Shown here piece by piece: positions 1 to 12,940 of a stretch of 20,000 bases of DNA. Under the pieces are notes generated by a model. The model was not told the DNA's origin, made no database searches, and saw nothing but the letters and a program-made list of their open reading frames with translations. The stretch's first letter is position 1; each line of letters opens with the position of its first letter. Made by a program: the position numbers and the translations under genes. This stretch comes from Folioceros fuciformis (taxonomy: Eukaryota): the NCBI GenBank assembly GCA_049999805.1, contig JBNGIO010006178.1, positions 239,131 to 259,130 of the forward strand, written 5' to 3'.

Positions 1-470
1 AACCCCTCCAATGCGGCTCCCGCAGGCACGTCCTACGGCCATCAAGAAACATGCCGAGTAAAACGGTGTAGTTTCGCCCGCTTTCGCCACTTCGCCTCCA
101 CAGTCTTTCAACTCCTTTGTCTTGCCTCCTCTTCCGAATGGTCCTTCGTATCGCTAAATCATCTTTCGTAATAGAAATAGAGATAAGTCCCCTCTACTCC
201 AAAGATGAAAAAAAAAGGAGAACAACCCGAGCAGGGCCAAGGCCAAAAGGATACATAGCTCCTTCGAACTTCATTCGAAGAAGACATATCAGGCCTAATG
301 TAGTATTGCATCAAAATATCAAATCAAAATATTGAAAGCCCAAAGAAAATAATCTCCTCGGATAAAATTACTTCCATAGAAAATTTAATGTAACCAATAA
401 AAATACTATAAAAGATATAAACTACTAAGAATAAAAATAAAAATAACAATAAATTTGTAAAAAACCCTAA
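1..470 (-). other. Possible promoter / 5' end of a minus-strand gene leaving the window on the left
   Basis: Bases 1-170 are GC-rich, with a purine-rich minus-strand leader and ATG at 42 (MAVGRACGSRIGGV..., open to the edge). A site-II-like AGCCCA is at 337-342 and a telo-box AAACCCTAA at 462-470. No recognisable product. Confidence 0.25.
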
Positions 471-569
471 GAAGGACCCGTCACTACTTGGAAAAACCTA
501 CAACGTGGATGAATGTTGGAATCCATAGTAACAAAGTTGAAAACCAAAACAGAGCTGTACTCTTGTTGT

Positions 570-1050
570 AATTCCAAACCCTATGATCCACTCACTACCC
601 TCCACCATTATCCTCCGCTACACCCTAAAGCCATAGGCTAAACTCTAAATTCTTCTAGTCTACCATGCTACTAAACCCTAAATTATATAGCATGGTTCTA
701 AACTCTAACCCTGATTGTATTGCATGATGCTAAACTCTAACCCTAATTACTCTACTATGCTACAGAACTCTAACATATTCCAATAAACTCTAGACCTATT
801 CTGTTCAAGCTATGTTGTTAAACCCTAAACCCATTTTACTATCGCCATATTGCTAAACTCATATCCTATTATGTCACATGATGTTGCTAAATCCTAAATT
901 TATTTTGTGTCGTCATCACCATGCTACTAAACTCTACACCTATTCTGCTACTCTATTTGATTGTGTTACTAAACCCTAAATCCATTCTCCTACTCTATTT
1001 GACTGTGTTACTAAACCCTAAATCCATTCTATTCCGCTATGTTACTAAAT
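570..1050. repeat. Degenerate minisatellite whose units begin with a plant-telomere-like motif CTAAAC(C/T)CTA(A)
   Basis: About 13 copies of the head motif, mostly ~27-43 bp apart (e.g. near 639, 671, 698, 730, 818, 853, 887, 926, 969, 1011). A near-exact 42-bp tandem duplication spans ~948-1030. Confidence 0.8.
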
Positions 1051-1139
1051 GTTACTGAAGGAATCTTGTATCACTCAATCATAATGCTCTTACATACTTA
1101 GATCGGCATTTAATCATTCTTACATCATTCTTATCCCAT

Positions 1140-1800
1140 TGTCATTATCATTATCATTGCTCCATACACATTGCTTCACACCCTTTACCATCATTGCTCA
1201 ACCACCTTCATTTGGGCCTAGTGCTCTACACCACTCTACCATCATTGCTCAACCACCCAACTGCCCCTGCCCCCTGTGCCCATTGCTCCACCCCGCTTTA
1301 TCATCCTACTCAACCCATTGCTCCATATTGCTCTATCATCATCCTACGCCCATTGCTCCACGCCCTCTATCGTCATTGCTCAACCCATTGCTCCACATCG
1401 TTCTATCTTCATCCTGCGCTCATTGCTCTACACCCACACCCATTACTCAACCCATTGCTCCATTGCTCCATCGCTCTATCATCATTGCTCTATATTGCTC
1501 TACACCGCTCTATATCATTGCTCTACGGCACCCATCGTTCTACACCGCTCTATATCATTGCTCTAGGGTACCCATCGTTTTACACCACTCTACATCATTG
1601 CTCTATACTCTACGGTACCCATCCTTCTACACCGCTCTATCATCATTGCTCTACATTGCTCTACAGCTCTACATTTACGTAATTCCACATTGCTCGGTGC
1701 CTCCCCATTACGCTACATCCACACTCTAGCACCGTAAACATCCATAAACATTTCAATCGCTCCTTACCATAAACATATTATTGCTCCTTACCACTCCGCT
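1140..1800. repeat. Low-complexity C/T-rich minisatellite built from CATTGCTC and TACACCGCTCTA modules
   Basis: (C)ATTGCTC recurs more than 20 times. A 40-bp higher-order unit is visible at 1500-1539, 1540-1579 and, with an insertion, 1580-1626. The + strand is strongly G-poor. Confidence 0.85.
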
Positions 1801-1873
1801 CTATGCCCCAAAGAAAAGCAAACTTGCTACAACCTTTTTACAAAATTTTTGAACTACTTATTGCTGTTGATGT

Positions 1874-1892
1874 TACAAACAAACAAACAAAC
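1874..1892. repeat. (ACAA)n microsatellite
   Basis: acaaacaaacaaacaaaca; U/G-rich on the minus strand, possibly near the SGR6 3' end. Confidence 0.7.
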
Positions 1893-2415
1893 ATCACAAG
1901 GTTATCTCGCGGACAGCAGGATTACACACCACGACCTGCTTCGATCACGACTCAAAAATAACATCTTCCATTCGTAAACGGGGTCGCCTAGATATGGGAG
2001 TGTGTTACATGATCATCCTGGTCAGCAACCTGCTCTCGTTTCGCGTCCGGATAAGATTTCGAGACGGCAAACCCTGGAGAATCAAAAGTTTCGCCACTGC
2101 GAAACCTGCCTTGTCCCGACGGCCCCGACTGGTCACCTTCGGCGGCCGGAAGTTGTTGAAACGGTAGGTGGGAGGCAGCGGACACAAGAGGGTGTGCGCG
2201 ACACGTGCCGGTCGCCCGGTGTTCGGACCCCGGAGGCGTACCAGGGGGCTTGCCAGCATCGTGAAGGGGGAATCGGGGAGACGTTTACAACGGAGACCTG
2301 GGCTGTTGTGAGGGGCATGCACATGTGTTGCAAAGTGCAAAGCTAGATACACAATGTGTCGTAAATACAGTAGGGAGCATTTTTCATGTATGACGTCACG
2401 TGCCTTGGCTCAGGG

Positions 2416-5400
2416 TCATGCTGTGAGGCTTTGGATCTCCCCAAGGAGCATGCTCAAGGCCGAGGCAGACTTGGCTCGCACAACTGCGCTTGGGGCACCA
2501 GCTGTCATTCGTACCAAGGAGTTGGTCACCTGCGGTAAGTAAGCTGACAGAGGCCTTTTGTCGGTGAGTTGACTGAGGAGGCAGCCAACGAAATAGGCGG
2601 CGTTTGCTTGGATCAGAGGCCATGGGCTTTCAAATGCCTGCTTGCAATGGTGAGCTGGTTAGAAGGAGGACTAGGATTGGGATGAGTGGGAGGGGAGGAA
2701 GTTGGAATACTTGCCTGCAGAGCAGAGGTGACGTATGTGTCTGTTCTGTCGCTGAACAGGGATGCCAGATGCTTGGTGAAGTCCAGGAGAAATTCGTCGT
2801 AATCCAGTCTGCAAAGAGAGGACAGCCATCAAACTGCTGGTACGCAAGGTGAGTGACCGGTGCAGGGAGAACTGGATTGCGAGACGGGTACCTTCGATTC
2901 ATGTCGAATGAACGAGAGTTCGTCAAGGTTTCCAGATCCTCGGCATGGAGCAATGGGGAGACTAGCCGGAGGGTGTTCTGCGAGACCAGTTGTCCATGGC
3001 AGTCAAGGAAAAGTGTTTCCATTTTTTGGCCACCTTCTTTAAGCTACACACTTAAGTGGTGACTCGATTGGGGAGAACGAAGAGTACCTTACAGGCGTGC
3101 CGCACGGGGAGTGCTTCATCATTTACATGGAAGAGGAGGCGAGGCAGGACAGTGTGGATCTAGAGGTCGCACAGGCACAACATTGTGAGACGAGGCGGAA
3201 CCACGCAAGCGTGTGTCATGTTACTGAAATATACATAACGGGAGCAGGTCAACAAGATCGGGATGCAGGGTGTGACCTGCTCAAGGAAACCTTCAAGCTG
3301 TGCCCCAGAACCAAACCTACACATTGCACCCAGTGCAGCAAATGCTGCAGCTCGCATGCTGACATTGTGCCGAGCCTGGAAAGATTGATGGGTAAGTGAA
3401 CCTAGACGAAGCAAACGTTACCACCTGAATACCTGAGAACTCCAACGAAATTGATTACGTGCCTGTAAGGATCGGAGTCGGACGCATAGGTTCAGAAGTA
3501 GTGGAGAGACCGTTTCCTCTGGAACTAGCTCAAGAGCCTGGAACAAATTCATTCACCAACTCCACCAGTTCAGCGAAAGGTGAAGAGGCGAAAGGCAAAA
3601 ATGCATCATACAAACAATGAGTGGACTTCTGAAAATCAGCAAAGCTTACAGTTGTTAAACCTTGCACCGATGTTAGCGCAACCTCCTCTTCTGGGTCCTC
3701 TATTAGAGCCACTATAACTCTTAGAACCTGTGATGAATAAATGGACATCCTTTCATGGGGCACCTGCGTATGACACTTGAGGTCAGCACTGGAGAGCTAC
3801 ACACGTACACACCATCGTGGGAAAAGCTTGAGAGTATGCTTGAGCCGAGGAAGATTAAGGCATGCTGTCATACTTGAATAAGGCCTTGGACACACAGCCG
3901 CCTAACTGTAGGAGATTCATCTCCAATATGGGCGCTCAGAACATCAACCAGCTGGCCCAACAGCATGTCCCTCTTGCTCCCACTACATAGCGGAATAAAA
4001 GTTGAGATCAATGTGCTGACACTCAGACTACTAGCGCAGACAAACATTCACGTGGACAAGGACCTACCAATGCTGGACAAATTCAGACAATGCTGCTGAT
4101 GCTGCAGCCCTTTGAAAGTCATAAGGCATCTTTAAAGCTGGCCACAGAGAACTGCATACTGACTCCATCTAAAAACCGATTTTATCAAAATCAGATCTCC
4201 CATATGCGAAGCTTGCTTTGTTCAACGCTTAAAAAATTAATTGTTGTACCTCGAAAGGTTTCGATTTTGCACTGCACTTTGCAATCTCCCCAATCGCCTC
4301 TATCCAGCGCTCACCACTTAACCGTTGCTCTCCATCGACGGCTAGGACCTGTACGATCGAGCTCAGCAGGATGCCACGCTAACCATGTGTGCCAGCATCA
4401 TCAACCAGAAAAATAAAGCATCCCCACCTTCTGCATCTCAACGTCATTCAAACAGTCACAGAATGCTTGAAAGGTTGCTACCACTTCCCTGCGTCAGGCC
4501 ACCTGCGAGTTCAATACAGTATGCAAAATGCTTACCTAAGAATTTTGACATGCACAGGACTTAAGCGCCCTATCACACTTGTACAACAAAAGACAGATCT
4601 CTTCTGCACACACTCCATTTACTGTTTGGAAGTCTACCTCAGAGGCCGCACATTTAAGGACAAAGTCCCGTGTGCACTGCCAATACGTAAAAGTAGAGAG
4701 CACAACACAGCAGAATAACTTTGTCCTAAAGCTTTTCCGACGGCTTCGCTATCCCCCCTGCCACAAGCAAAACGAATACACAATAAGCTTCGCTTATTCA
4801 TCCACCTCTCTCAGCTTCCAGCAACTTACAAAACAAGTAAAACGTACTTCAAAATAACGCCAAGGGCTAGTGTCGCTGCTGGTGGCAGCATGTTCAGAGA
4901 TCCAGAGAGTGGAACATGGTCTGATTGCACACCCTTCTCTGCATCACCATCCTTCAGTAAGGGAGCATGCTCAAGGACGTCCACCAAATAGTCTATGAGC
5001 GGTAGCGCCAATTTCTCGTTGCGAGCAATTGCCTGAGGACGTATCCCAGAATAGTATAAGAACTATGGGAAACAGAACAGCCTGAGAAAGCACATCACTA
5101 TGACTGCTCCACATTTGATATGTCAGAAGACAGTACCAGAAACGCTTCTCGTAAAGGCAGTGCTATGCTTTGCCGTGCCCCATCTTGTTTCCCAACATCT
5201 CTTTCTGCTGCACCTAACAGCTCACTGAACACACAGGTCGCTTGTGCATGTTCTGCCAGACAGCAGACCTACACAGCAGGCTCTTACTATTAGTCAAGGA
5301 GCGGACAGAGAATTGTCACTCCACTACTTGCAGACAGATGCCAACTCCTAACATGATATGGAAGAAAATCAGACATCCAGTAGGTACTCACAGCATTTAA

Positions 5401-8400
5401 CACTTGAAGACGCATTTGCTGGTTTCCAAGCGCAGCAGCCGCAGCAAAAATAGATTGTGTGATGCTGCAGACGACCCAACCATTAGTAAATGCCAGTTGG
5501 TTTGGTACTCACAATTCAGTGGTTAATGTTCAAAGGGCTTTCATACCGTGGTATATCTAGCTCCAGCAACTCATGCCCTCTCTTCTCAATCAGCTGAGTC
5601 ACAGCCATGATACTTCCTTCGCCAGATAGCTCAGTTTTGTCACAAATCGCTGAAGAACACCCACGAAGTGCAGCCACCAGCTGGCAAAACCTCAAGATCA
5701 TTGACTCAAGGATGACTAGTAACAGTTGCTTGCATGGCTACCAAGCAAGATCAATCAAGATATTCTCACCTCGCCAGTTGTCAAGAGCACGCCAACAGAT
5801 GCTACAATTTGACGCACAATACCACCATCTAGACCATTTTGCTCCTGATGGACAAGAATACACTTGGTTAGGGCCTACAGATTACCAATTGACAATAAGA
5901 CGGGTAGTATCTCCAATCATTGTAGCAATAACCATACGAAACCCTGGGGAGTGAGTGAAGATTGTCACCCAGTTCGTAACAGCGATCAGTTCCTCCAAAG
6001 CTGATAAGGCAGCATATGCTGTGGACCGATCCTCTGGAGCTGCGCCAACTGGCTTTGGAAGGAGTAATGAGATGCTGAAGAACAAGTCAAGAATCTAACC
6101 AACGCAAAAGAACACAGTCAGCTGCAATGCTACTCCACACAAGACATGACCACAAACGCATGGAAGCACTAATGGGGAATCAAACGTATGATGATGTACA
6201 CAAGGTTGTACTGCACGACAACCCAAAGCAATTTGTTAAAACTACCTGTGCAGCAGTTTTTCGTATCTCAGTAGACACATCCGCACAGCGTGGAAGATAT
6301 GCCATTACCCTCTCTCCAAGCCTCAACCCCTCCCTAGGAGGCAGCAGAGGCGTGGCTGTTGATGGTGCAGAGTTATTAGACACATACATAAGCATACCAC
6401 TGCAAGTTGCACCTACTTCAAGATGCCATGTAAGCTTCACCTTTACCTGCTGTACTACTTTGAGCCCATTCAGCTGGAGTCCTGAGGTGTGTGCAGATCC
6501 CTGTACAATTGAATGGACACGTTCCAACGGTACAAAAACTGCGGAACTGGCGAAGAAGGGCTAGAACAGCAGTGCAAGATCTGAGCCTCTGATGCTCATC
6601 TCGAGAGGACACATATTGATCCAAACTCCATAGCAGGTGGTGCAGTTGATCAGCCCTACTTTTCCCATCGTCCCCACTAGCCACCACGCAGTGCAAAATC
6701 GTTTTGATTTGAAAAAGTGTGGAAAACAGTGACGTGGAAGTGCACGACAGAAGCATGCAGTGAAGGGATGCAGTGAGCACATTCATTACCTGGTCAGCAA
6801 AATTGCGCATAGCAGGTTGACCAGGTTTCCAAGTATGGAACCCATCACGTCAACTGGCTCTGGAGGAAGAGTAAAGAAACCTAGTGTTGCCTGTTAGCAT
6901 GGGAAACAAGTAATTCAGTATACATAGCCTAGAAATAAAAGTATTTCCCACTAACAAGTTTATGTCAGAGCATTTACTTGCAAAATGCGGTCCCTCATAA
7001 CAATGGTCAGTTTAGGCTCGACTGACACCAATGTAGTGCAGGTGTGAACAGCCAAATCCTGAAAAACATGCAAAACTATCAGCAATGGATGGCACATGTT
7101 TCAAGGCAATGAAATAATTTTGAAGAAGCTAATCCAGTTCAAAATGCCTAGTGTGAGGGGGAACTACTTAAAGGAGAACAATGAGCACGCACAGTGTGGG
7201 AAAAATCAAGCCAAAAACCTCGCCTGTGTATGAAGGACATCCAGGTCCAAGGCACTGGACAAACCATATCCATATCCAGATTCTTGGCCTGCCATGAGAG
7301 CAATTGTGTAATCCAACAGTTGATCACGATTCTTCAAAGGAAAAGATGAACCATTAGCTCCTGCTTTGATGACTGCTTGCCCTGTGGATTGCACGAAATG
7401 GCCAAAGCTCAAAGCAGGCCTCCAGCATAAGTTCCTGCACCAGCCTCAGCCTACTGAAGACGTACCTAAGAGGTTGATTGCCGTTATAACAGCTTGCTTG
7501 GCTGACGCAGTTCTTACGTCCAAGAGTCCCGACAACATGTTCGTTCCCTGGTGGATGAGACCAAAGAAACAACCAACAAGATAAATACCTCCAGGTCTGG
7601 CCTGACTGCTGTGAAGCTTCACGTTCTAAGAAGGGCAATGGTATGTGAGATCATACTTGAGTCAGGGCTTGGTCTACTCACCACAAGCGTATCAATACGA
7701 GCTTCTATAACTGTTGAGGGAGCATATGTAGCTGCGTACCCATACATGAGAGCTAGAGCAGCACATACATCATCCACATCTGGCCTGTTTTTCTGGTCAA
7801 AAAAAATTAAGAATAGCCTGCAGGGATGTTTGAGGGTTAACTTCCTGATAAACCATTTCATGCGCAAACCTTATCACTTCATGTATCAAGCACCTCTGTT
7901 TTAGTCTTCAAACAAATTGTTCCAAAATCCGCTGAAGTCACCTGTGTATTCTTTTGCGCCCTTGATTTTCCAAAATTTTCCTCAGCTTTTCAAGCACAGT
8001 GTCCAGATGAGAAGCAGCAACCTGCAGCGGTAACACCTCAAAGTAGTTAAAAAATCAGAGGGCTATTTGAAACATCAGGGCTAATTGAGAAATCACAGTA
8101 CTAAAAACGTCGGACAATCTGCATCATGAGACTACACGAACTCACACCATACCAGTCCCATTCCCATGGCAAGCCCAAGTCGGTTCGACTGGTCTGCCAC
8201 ATTGGCCTGCTTGTACATTATTGCAATCTTATCCCGCACATAAGCCCTGTCTGTGACCTTTTGAAGTAGAATGCCAAGGCATCTGAGAGGGAAAAACCGG
8301 CCAGTACACAATCACGCTATGCTTTCATTGCAAGGTATGATGGAGATCCTCAGCATGAAAGGTGATAAAAAGAACATGCTTAGAGAAACACGTGCCTGTG

Positions 8401-11400
8401 CAGAAGTCCTGCGTGTTCATGATCCCCGGCATAGAGCTCATATTGACTAGAAAAAGCATTTCCAAGAGCAATCATCCACTCGGGATTCTGGATAACATCG
8501 AGAGACTCAGAGAGCAGCTGCCATAGTGAGACCCCTCATCAGCAATACCGAAGCCTGTTTCTACGTCAAAACTGGAAAACGGATTACTAAAACGTCCAAT
8601 TTGCAACTCCCCCATCGGCATGGAAAGATGCAGCACTGCAAATTCAACACTCACATGAACAATCATGCCATCCCAAGTTTCTTGGTTCCAGGAGACATCA
8701 TCACAGTAACTGATGAAAGCTTTCAGCTTCGGAATCTACAGAACAACAGGTCCACGTACATGAGAAATTTAGTAACTAAGAGAACCTTACTGAACGGGAA
8801 TGCCTGATAATACCTCATCTTCCCAGAGCAGCAAAATTTCCTTGGGAAACAGTGGCGCCAGATAAAACAACACCTGTGATTTCACACAGACAAGAAATCA
8901 GGAATGGCTTTGACCATAATTGGTCTCCTACACCCAAGTTTCATCTGAATAGAGTCACTTCAATAAGGGCCTCACTGTCAGAATGCGAGCTCCCAATTGC
9001 TCCCTTGACATTGGATTTCGAAGAAGTACTAACAAGCGGGCAAGCACCTCCTGCACAAGTCATATTCTCATTACAGCTCGTAGCTGTGGTATGGGAATAA
9101 AGTAGCATTAAAGGCATCACTCACTCGAACTCTAATCAAAAGACATCACAGAATTCTGCTCACTTCTGGCCTTGGAACATCTGTGCATGTGACATAATCA
9201 ACACTAACGCTTTCACCCATTGCCAGTCTGCGCTTGGCTATCTCTGCAAGGCATTTACACACCTGGAAAAGAAATGACATTTATATCAAATTAAGGTGAA
9301 ATGACACCAAAGTTAATCATCCCACGGCTCGAACACTTACAATGGCTACAGCACTAGTGTACCGCCTCGGTATCAACACCTTCAACAAAAAGGGCCAGAG
9401 CGCCGACTGCAAGAAAGGTGAGCATGTGATGTATAAGAGAATTTCGAGGCAATTTGTTCCTACCAAGGAGCTGCATAAAACTTTTCAAGTTGAATTTGAC
9501 ATCAGCTTGTTAATGAACTGGCTACCAAAAGCTTAACACTAACCTCCATTTCAGGTATGGTGCTTGCCATTAGCAGCAAGCCTTTGTCACAAACAGCTCG
9601 CAGTTCCAGTAACGAGACTTCTCCAACTTTTAGCTGGACAGGCATCAGATCAACTCAGCAATCTAAGCAGAGACAACAGCTCTAGCGACATCGTACCATA
9701 TCATCCCATGTACCACATGCATTAAACAGAACCTCACATCATTTTTAGATTGTTGGCGGTCCTCAACGCCAATTACTTTCTCAATAGCCCTCCTTTGGAT
9801 TTGGAACTGCTCAACCTCATCATCCGCAATGGCGCACTGCCTGACCAGAAACTCAACGACAAGTTTCCCACTGTCTCTCTCAAAGTAGCAATTGGCAGCC
9901 ATCACTACAACTAGCTGTACACAACAATACACAGTCATTTCCTGAGACACAGCTGGACCCAGTAGTAAGCATCTGTCTTCATCACTGAAGCTAGTGCTAC
10001 CTCCACAATACTCTTTCGCAGATTGAGGCCCCTCTCTTGAAGTGTTGAGTTGATAGCCTCAGCCAGTGTTGGCCTGTAAGCGGCCCAAGCTTCTGGTAAC
10101 CTAAGCAGCAGTCATCGAGGAACAGATTCAAGTAGAAGCACAGACCATGTACCCATCCAGATCTTACACTTGTAGAACAGCTTAGATTAACCTAAGTCAA
10201 GAAATCAGGGACAAAATGAGCACCTTGAGACGAGATGCCTGAGCACAGAAAATGTTCCCAATCTCACAGGATCTTCCTTGGAAGTGATGCGCTGGTATTA
10301 GGAGAAAAATGATCAGATAAAGCAACAAATCACATGGCTAGTGAAGGAAACCCAAAATTTTGTAAAGGAACCATCGAAATATGTACTGTCATCAATGTGT
10401 CTTACGGTGTGGAGATACTTGTACATCTCTTCTGGATAAACCTCACCGATGGTACTGAAGCATCGCAATACTTCATTGACATTCTGGAAATTGTACATAT
10501 GTCAGTACGAGCTCAGTGATGCAAACACAGAAACAAGATGTCGAGCAGTCTGTCACCTTCAGGATAATACTTGGTTCATTGTCGCCTAGGTGCGAGGACA
10601 GTGATGCCATAGGCAAGATGAAATTTATAACGGAGGCAAGGTCCTGTAGCAGATTTAACACGGATTTAGCTGGTGTATCCTACCTAAATTTTTAAAATGC
10701 TTAGAGCATTTCAACGATAGAACAATACACGGAAAATTCATCCCCGTGGTTTTGCTGTCATGGGTAGTACCACAAAGTCAACCAAAGGCGTGTTGTCACC
10801 GTGCAGAAGAACCGCATCTAGAATCAGGTGTAAGCCGTGTGTAATTGTCAGAGGATTCTGAGGCTCTCTCTTTAATCTGGGCATGAAGGTTCCAAAGTGA
10901 TGCTCCCGACAAGTTGACTGATTGTGTCAAGACAATATGCAGATGCTGGGGGAAACATAACTTCCGACACTTACACATTAAGAACAGCAGGAAGGAGCTT
11001 AGGCAGTGCTAGCTTCAGCTGCGGAGAACTTATAAGGCCAACCATTTGGCCCAGCGCATCAACAGCTGCAGCACGTACCTAAGCCAGACAATATCATGCA
11101 GCATGAATCAGAAGCTATGAGCTGACACACTGAGTGACTACACGTATCTGTCTGAAGATGACAAACAAACAAATCAAGTGAGCAGGATGTTTCCACGTGA
11201 CTGACCCTTGGCTCAGACGATCCAACCCAAGATCCAAGGAACAGTTCAAAAGCCGAATAGAGTAGAGCTCTGAAGAGGGGATTGCATCAGAATAAAGAGC
11301 ACTGAGCAATGCCCAGTACACCACGAACAGAGGGAAGAGAAACAAGTGAGATGACTGGATGGCTGGAACGCGCTTACTGCAAGTCATTGTCTAGAACTGA

Positions 11401-12940
11401 TGCAGACGCAGAAACTTCTTCGTACTGGGAAATTGTTGCGCACCAGCACGTGAAAGCTGGAAAAAAACACAGGTTAAGCCTCAGTGTGCAATAGTAACCC
11501 ACTCTGTAGTGCAAACTGGACTATCCAAATTGCAACAGGAACTCAAAACACTAGCATTTTCCTGACCCACTCCAGCCTTATGATCATTGATGCATCACGT
11601 CCGAGTCAGAAGTATCATCAAGAGGAGTCACAGCAGATAACACTGACCATTTGCATATATGGGCCTCTGGAAATCCCTGACACCACCAAGAATTGGCATC
11701 ACATGGTATAGAACTCCTTTCACTCGAGGAGCAAACCGGAAAGCTTTGCAACAAAAAAAAACAAATAACTGCAGGTCAGAATGAATCATGCCAACTTGAA
11801 AATTACTACGCCACCACCCAGACTTTGAAGTTGACTCTATCAACTGCGCATGAAGTTGCGGGTGCCTACCGTCTACTACCGCAAAGTCTGCAAGGCACTG
11901 GACCGCAGCAACCACGAATGCAGAATTCCCTGACAGTTGGCCAAAAACTTCATCCATCACCTGTGTAAGAACATGCAATACTGTCTGCCATGATTGCACA
12001 AGAGGTACTACCTCCCAAACGGTACCTAGCGATTTCAGATGCAACCAATATTAAGCCAAAGCATCCATTCCACGTCCAGTCCAGTCATGGTACAGCCATC
12101 TTTGACAACAGACTACCAGATCGGGCACACGAGATGCCAAAGCCACCAGGAGACTAGACGCAGCTCGTTGCCAGTCCGAATTGAAATCCTGCACAAGAAA
12201 AGCCACAAGAATAATCAGCTGAGGAACGTGGATGACGCCAGTCACTCAGAGCCAAACTGAGTAGGCAAAAACTTAGGCAACCTTGCTGCTGGTCATGTCC
12301 GCAATTGCAATCTTGGTCATTCTTTGCATAAGTTCCGTGTCCAGGTCCGTATCCGGCATCTCCCGGACGGTGTGAGCCATAATCCTAAAAACCCCAGCAT
12401 GATGACTGCCCAACTCTCCCCCTCTCTGGGGGAGAAAGCAATACACACAATCAAAAAACAGGAACTGGAGGTAAAAATCAGGGCTCTGTACACACTCCGT
12501 ACCCGAACACAACCTACCAAAAACAGGAAAAGAGAAAGTCACGAGCAAGAAATTACCCGTTTTCCGATCCGCAGGCTTGATATACAATAGTCCAGAACGA
12601 CCCCAGCATTACTGCATGTAAGAAGCAAGGCCACCGGCAATTGAGCCGTCTTCCGTCTAAAACCCAAAACCCCATCAAATGTTACCATCCAAAAAAAAGG
12701 ACCTACCGATCTGCATTTTCTCGCAAACCATCTGCAGCAGCCTCCCGCACCGCAAGAGCAGTGTCGGCAAGGGCTCCCACCAGCACCCGAATTGCAGCTG
12801 ATTTCTCCCAACACCAAGATTCAAGACCAAGACTTCAGAGCAGGCTCGGATCAACCAAAAGAAGCGAATTACGCAGGAAAAGTTCGATTCTCCACACCTG
12901 CTGATAGGGATATGGGAGCACCCACATTATTGGAGGCCAT
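2416..12940 (-). CDS. SGR6: SHOOT GRAVITROPISM 6-like HEAT-repeat protein (MROH/maestro family), 50 coding exons, roughly 1,700 aa (not counted exactly)
   Basis: Manual splicing of the minus strand gives one continuous ORF from ATG 12940 ([35 protein letters not shown]) to TGA 2418-2416 (...[24 protein letters not shown]). Exons are collinear with Arabidopsis SGR6 as I recall it, e.g. [101 protein letters not shown]. 45 introns are GT-AG and 4 are GC-AG; all phases are consistent. Confidence 0.95.
2638..2714 (-). other. GC-AG intron 49 of SGR6 (77 nt)
   Basis: CAG|GCAAGT donor; joins ...TSALQ to AFESPWP in phase 0. The nearby GT gives the wrong phase. Confidence 0.9.
3376..3462 (-). other. 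GC-AG intron 45 of SGR6 (87 nt)
   Basis: CAG|GCACGT donor; joins ...VRLRSLQ to [12 protein letters not shown] in phase 0. The nearby GT gives the wrong phase. Confidence 0.88.
7059..7223 (-). other. GC-AG intron 28 of SGR6 (165 nt)
   Basis: CAG|GCGAGG donor; joins ...DVLHTQ to [17 protein letters not shown] in phase 0, matching the homologue without a gap. Confidence 0.85.
8283..8395 (-). other. GC-AG intron 23 of SGR6 (113 nt)
   Basis: CAG|GCACGT donor; joins ...AGLLH-R to CLGILLQKV in phase 2. A weak GT 6 nt downstream would insert 2 residues. Confidence 0.8.

Noticed and set aside
482-496. CACTA transposon terminus (CACTACTTGGAAAAA) preceding the repeat arrays
   Set aside because: No matching inverted terminus or transposase in the window; a single short match is insufficient.
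570-1050. CRISPR-like repeat-spacer appearance
   Set aside because: Eukaryotic context, degenerate short repeats, spacers related to each other, no cas genes.
1139-1729. Three overlapping + strand ORFs (196, 162, 96 aa) rich in His/Cys/Ser/Leu
   Set aside because: Artefact of the G-poor minisatellite, which rarely forms stop codons; the products are low-complexity in all frames.
1990-2290. Telomerase RNA or snRNA gene (USE-like TCCCATATC on the minus strand at 1991-1999, AAACCCT near 2070, Sm-like ATTTTTG)
   Set aside because: The template match is only 7 nt and on the opposite strand to the USE-like motif, there is no properly spaced TATA, and I see no convincing similarity to U snRNAs, U3, MRP or 7SL. 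An Infernal/Rfam scan would be decisive.
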